A stretch of 64,000 nucleotides of DNA, from positions 24,924,001-24,988,000 of the forward strand of contig NC_092352.1 of NCBI RefSeq assembly GCF_963676685.1. The letters are read 5' to 3'. Numbering within the stretch: the first letter of the stretch is position 1; each line of letters starts with the position of its first letter. A program made the translations under genes and the position numbers. The stretch is from Mytilus edulis (Eukaryota). Shown here piece after piece: positions 63,152-64,000 of this stretch. The notes beneath the pieces were generated by a model. The model did not search any database and was not told the origin of the DNA. It saw nothing but the letters and a program-made list of their open reading frames with translations.

Positions 63152-64000
63152 ACGGGACGGCTGCAGTGCAGGCGATTTGGTGTCACAATATCACAGTAGC
63201 ATGGGTTCGAATCCCGGCGAGGGAAGAACCAAAAATTTGCGAAAGCAAATTTACAGATCTAACATTGTTGGGTTGATGTTTAGACGAGTTGTATATACAT
63301 TATGTACACAGCCATGTATCACCATCATTGATGGCGATCCGATGGAAACACCTGTTGTAGAGTTGTCACTGACTCAGACGTACTTATAAATATAATTATT
63401 TTCTGTGACTGTATATTACATTAATTTGTAGGATCCTTTACTATAGATAATTTAGCTGATCTGTAACAATAACATCTTCATGCCTTATATATCATGTACT
63501 GTAGTACGCCGCTAGATAAAAACTGACGAGGAAAGGTAACACACGGCCAGCGAAAGCTCTTTTTTTTTTAGAGCCCAGATGGTCGTGTGGTCTAGCGGGA
63601 CGGCTGCAGTGCAGGCGATTTGGTGTCACGATATCACAGTAGCATGGGTTCGAATCCCGGCGAGGGAAGAACCAAAAATTTGAGACAGCAAATTTACAGA
63701 TCTAACATTGTTGGGTTGATGTTTAGACGAGTTGTATAGACATTATGTACACAGCCATGTATCACCATCATTGATGGCGATCCGATGGATACACCTGTTG
63801 TAGAGTTGTCACTGACTCAGACGTACTTGTAAATATAATTATTTTCTGTGACTGTATATTACATTAATTTGTAGGATCCTTTACTATAGATAATTTAGCT
63901 GATCTGTAACAATAACATCTTCATGCCTTATATATCATGTACTGTAGTACGCCGCTAGATTAAAACTGACGAGGAAAGGTAACACACGGCCAGCGAAAGC
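63152..64000 (+). mobile_element. Head-to-tail dimer of a tRNA-derived SINE-like unit (period ~444 bp)
   Basis: A box TGGTCGTGTGG (~63580) and B box GGTTCGAATCC (63204 and 63647); units near-identical and separated by a T11 run; first copy 5'-truncated. Confidence 0.85.

Noticed and set aside
63570-63670. Functional tRNA gene
   Set aside because: A and B boxes are present but the acceptor and anticodon arms do not form a canonical cloverleaf, and it is fused to a repeated ~350-bp body

Overview
This is AT-rich, repeat-dense eukaryotic DNA, most likely a bivalve such as Mytilus. That assignment is inferred from the hammerhead retrozyme-type repeat, the Naiad-type Penelope elements and the HINE/pearl-type MITE. 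No prokaryotic genes, rRNA or CRISPR-Cas were found. The centre is a 12.4-kb Ty3/Gypsy LTR retrotransposon (16524-28958, TG...CA ends, GTAT target-site duplication) with decayed gag and pol and a -1 frameshift signal. It has two unusual additions. One is an extra ORF in the env position encoding two C2H2 fingers, a coiled coil and an Arg-rich/NLS tail, directly behind a splice acceptor. The other is an array of 12 covarying stem-loops in a very long 5' LTR. Together they suggest a possible Tat/TAR- or Rex/RexRE-like system. The Gypsy sits inside an 18-kb element with perfect 37-bp TIRs, which may itself sit inside a Harbinger. The window also has a Naiad-type Penelope RT with an in-frame TGA at a Cys position plus a type-II SECIS (probable selenoprotein), minimal hammerhead ribozymes, a BEL/Pao remnant with a KCTD-type BTB domain, three Harbinger/HARBI1-like nuclease relics, SINEs, palindromic MITEs and minisatellites. 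One probable host exon encodes a single-pass membrane protein. All calls were made by eye, and coordinates of degenerate relics are approximate.
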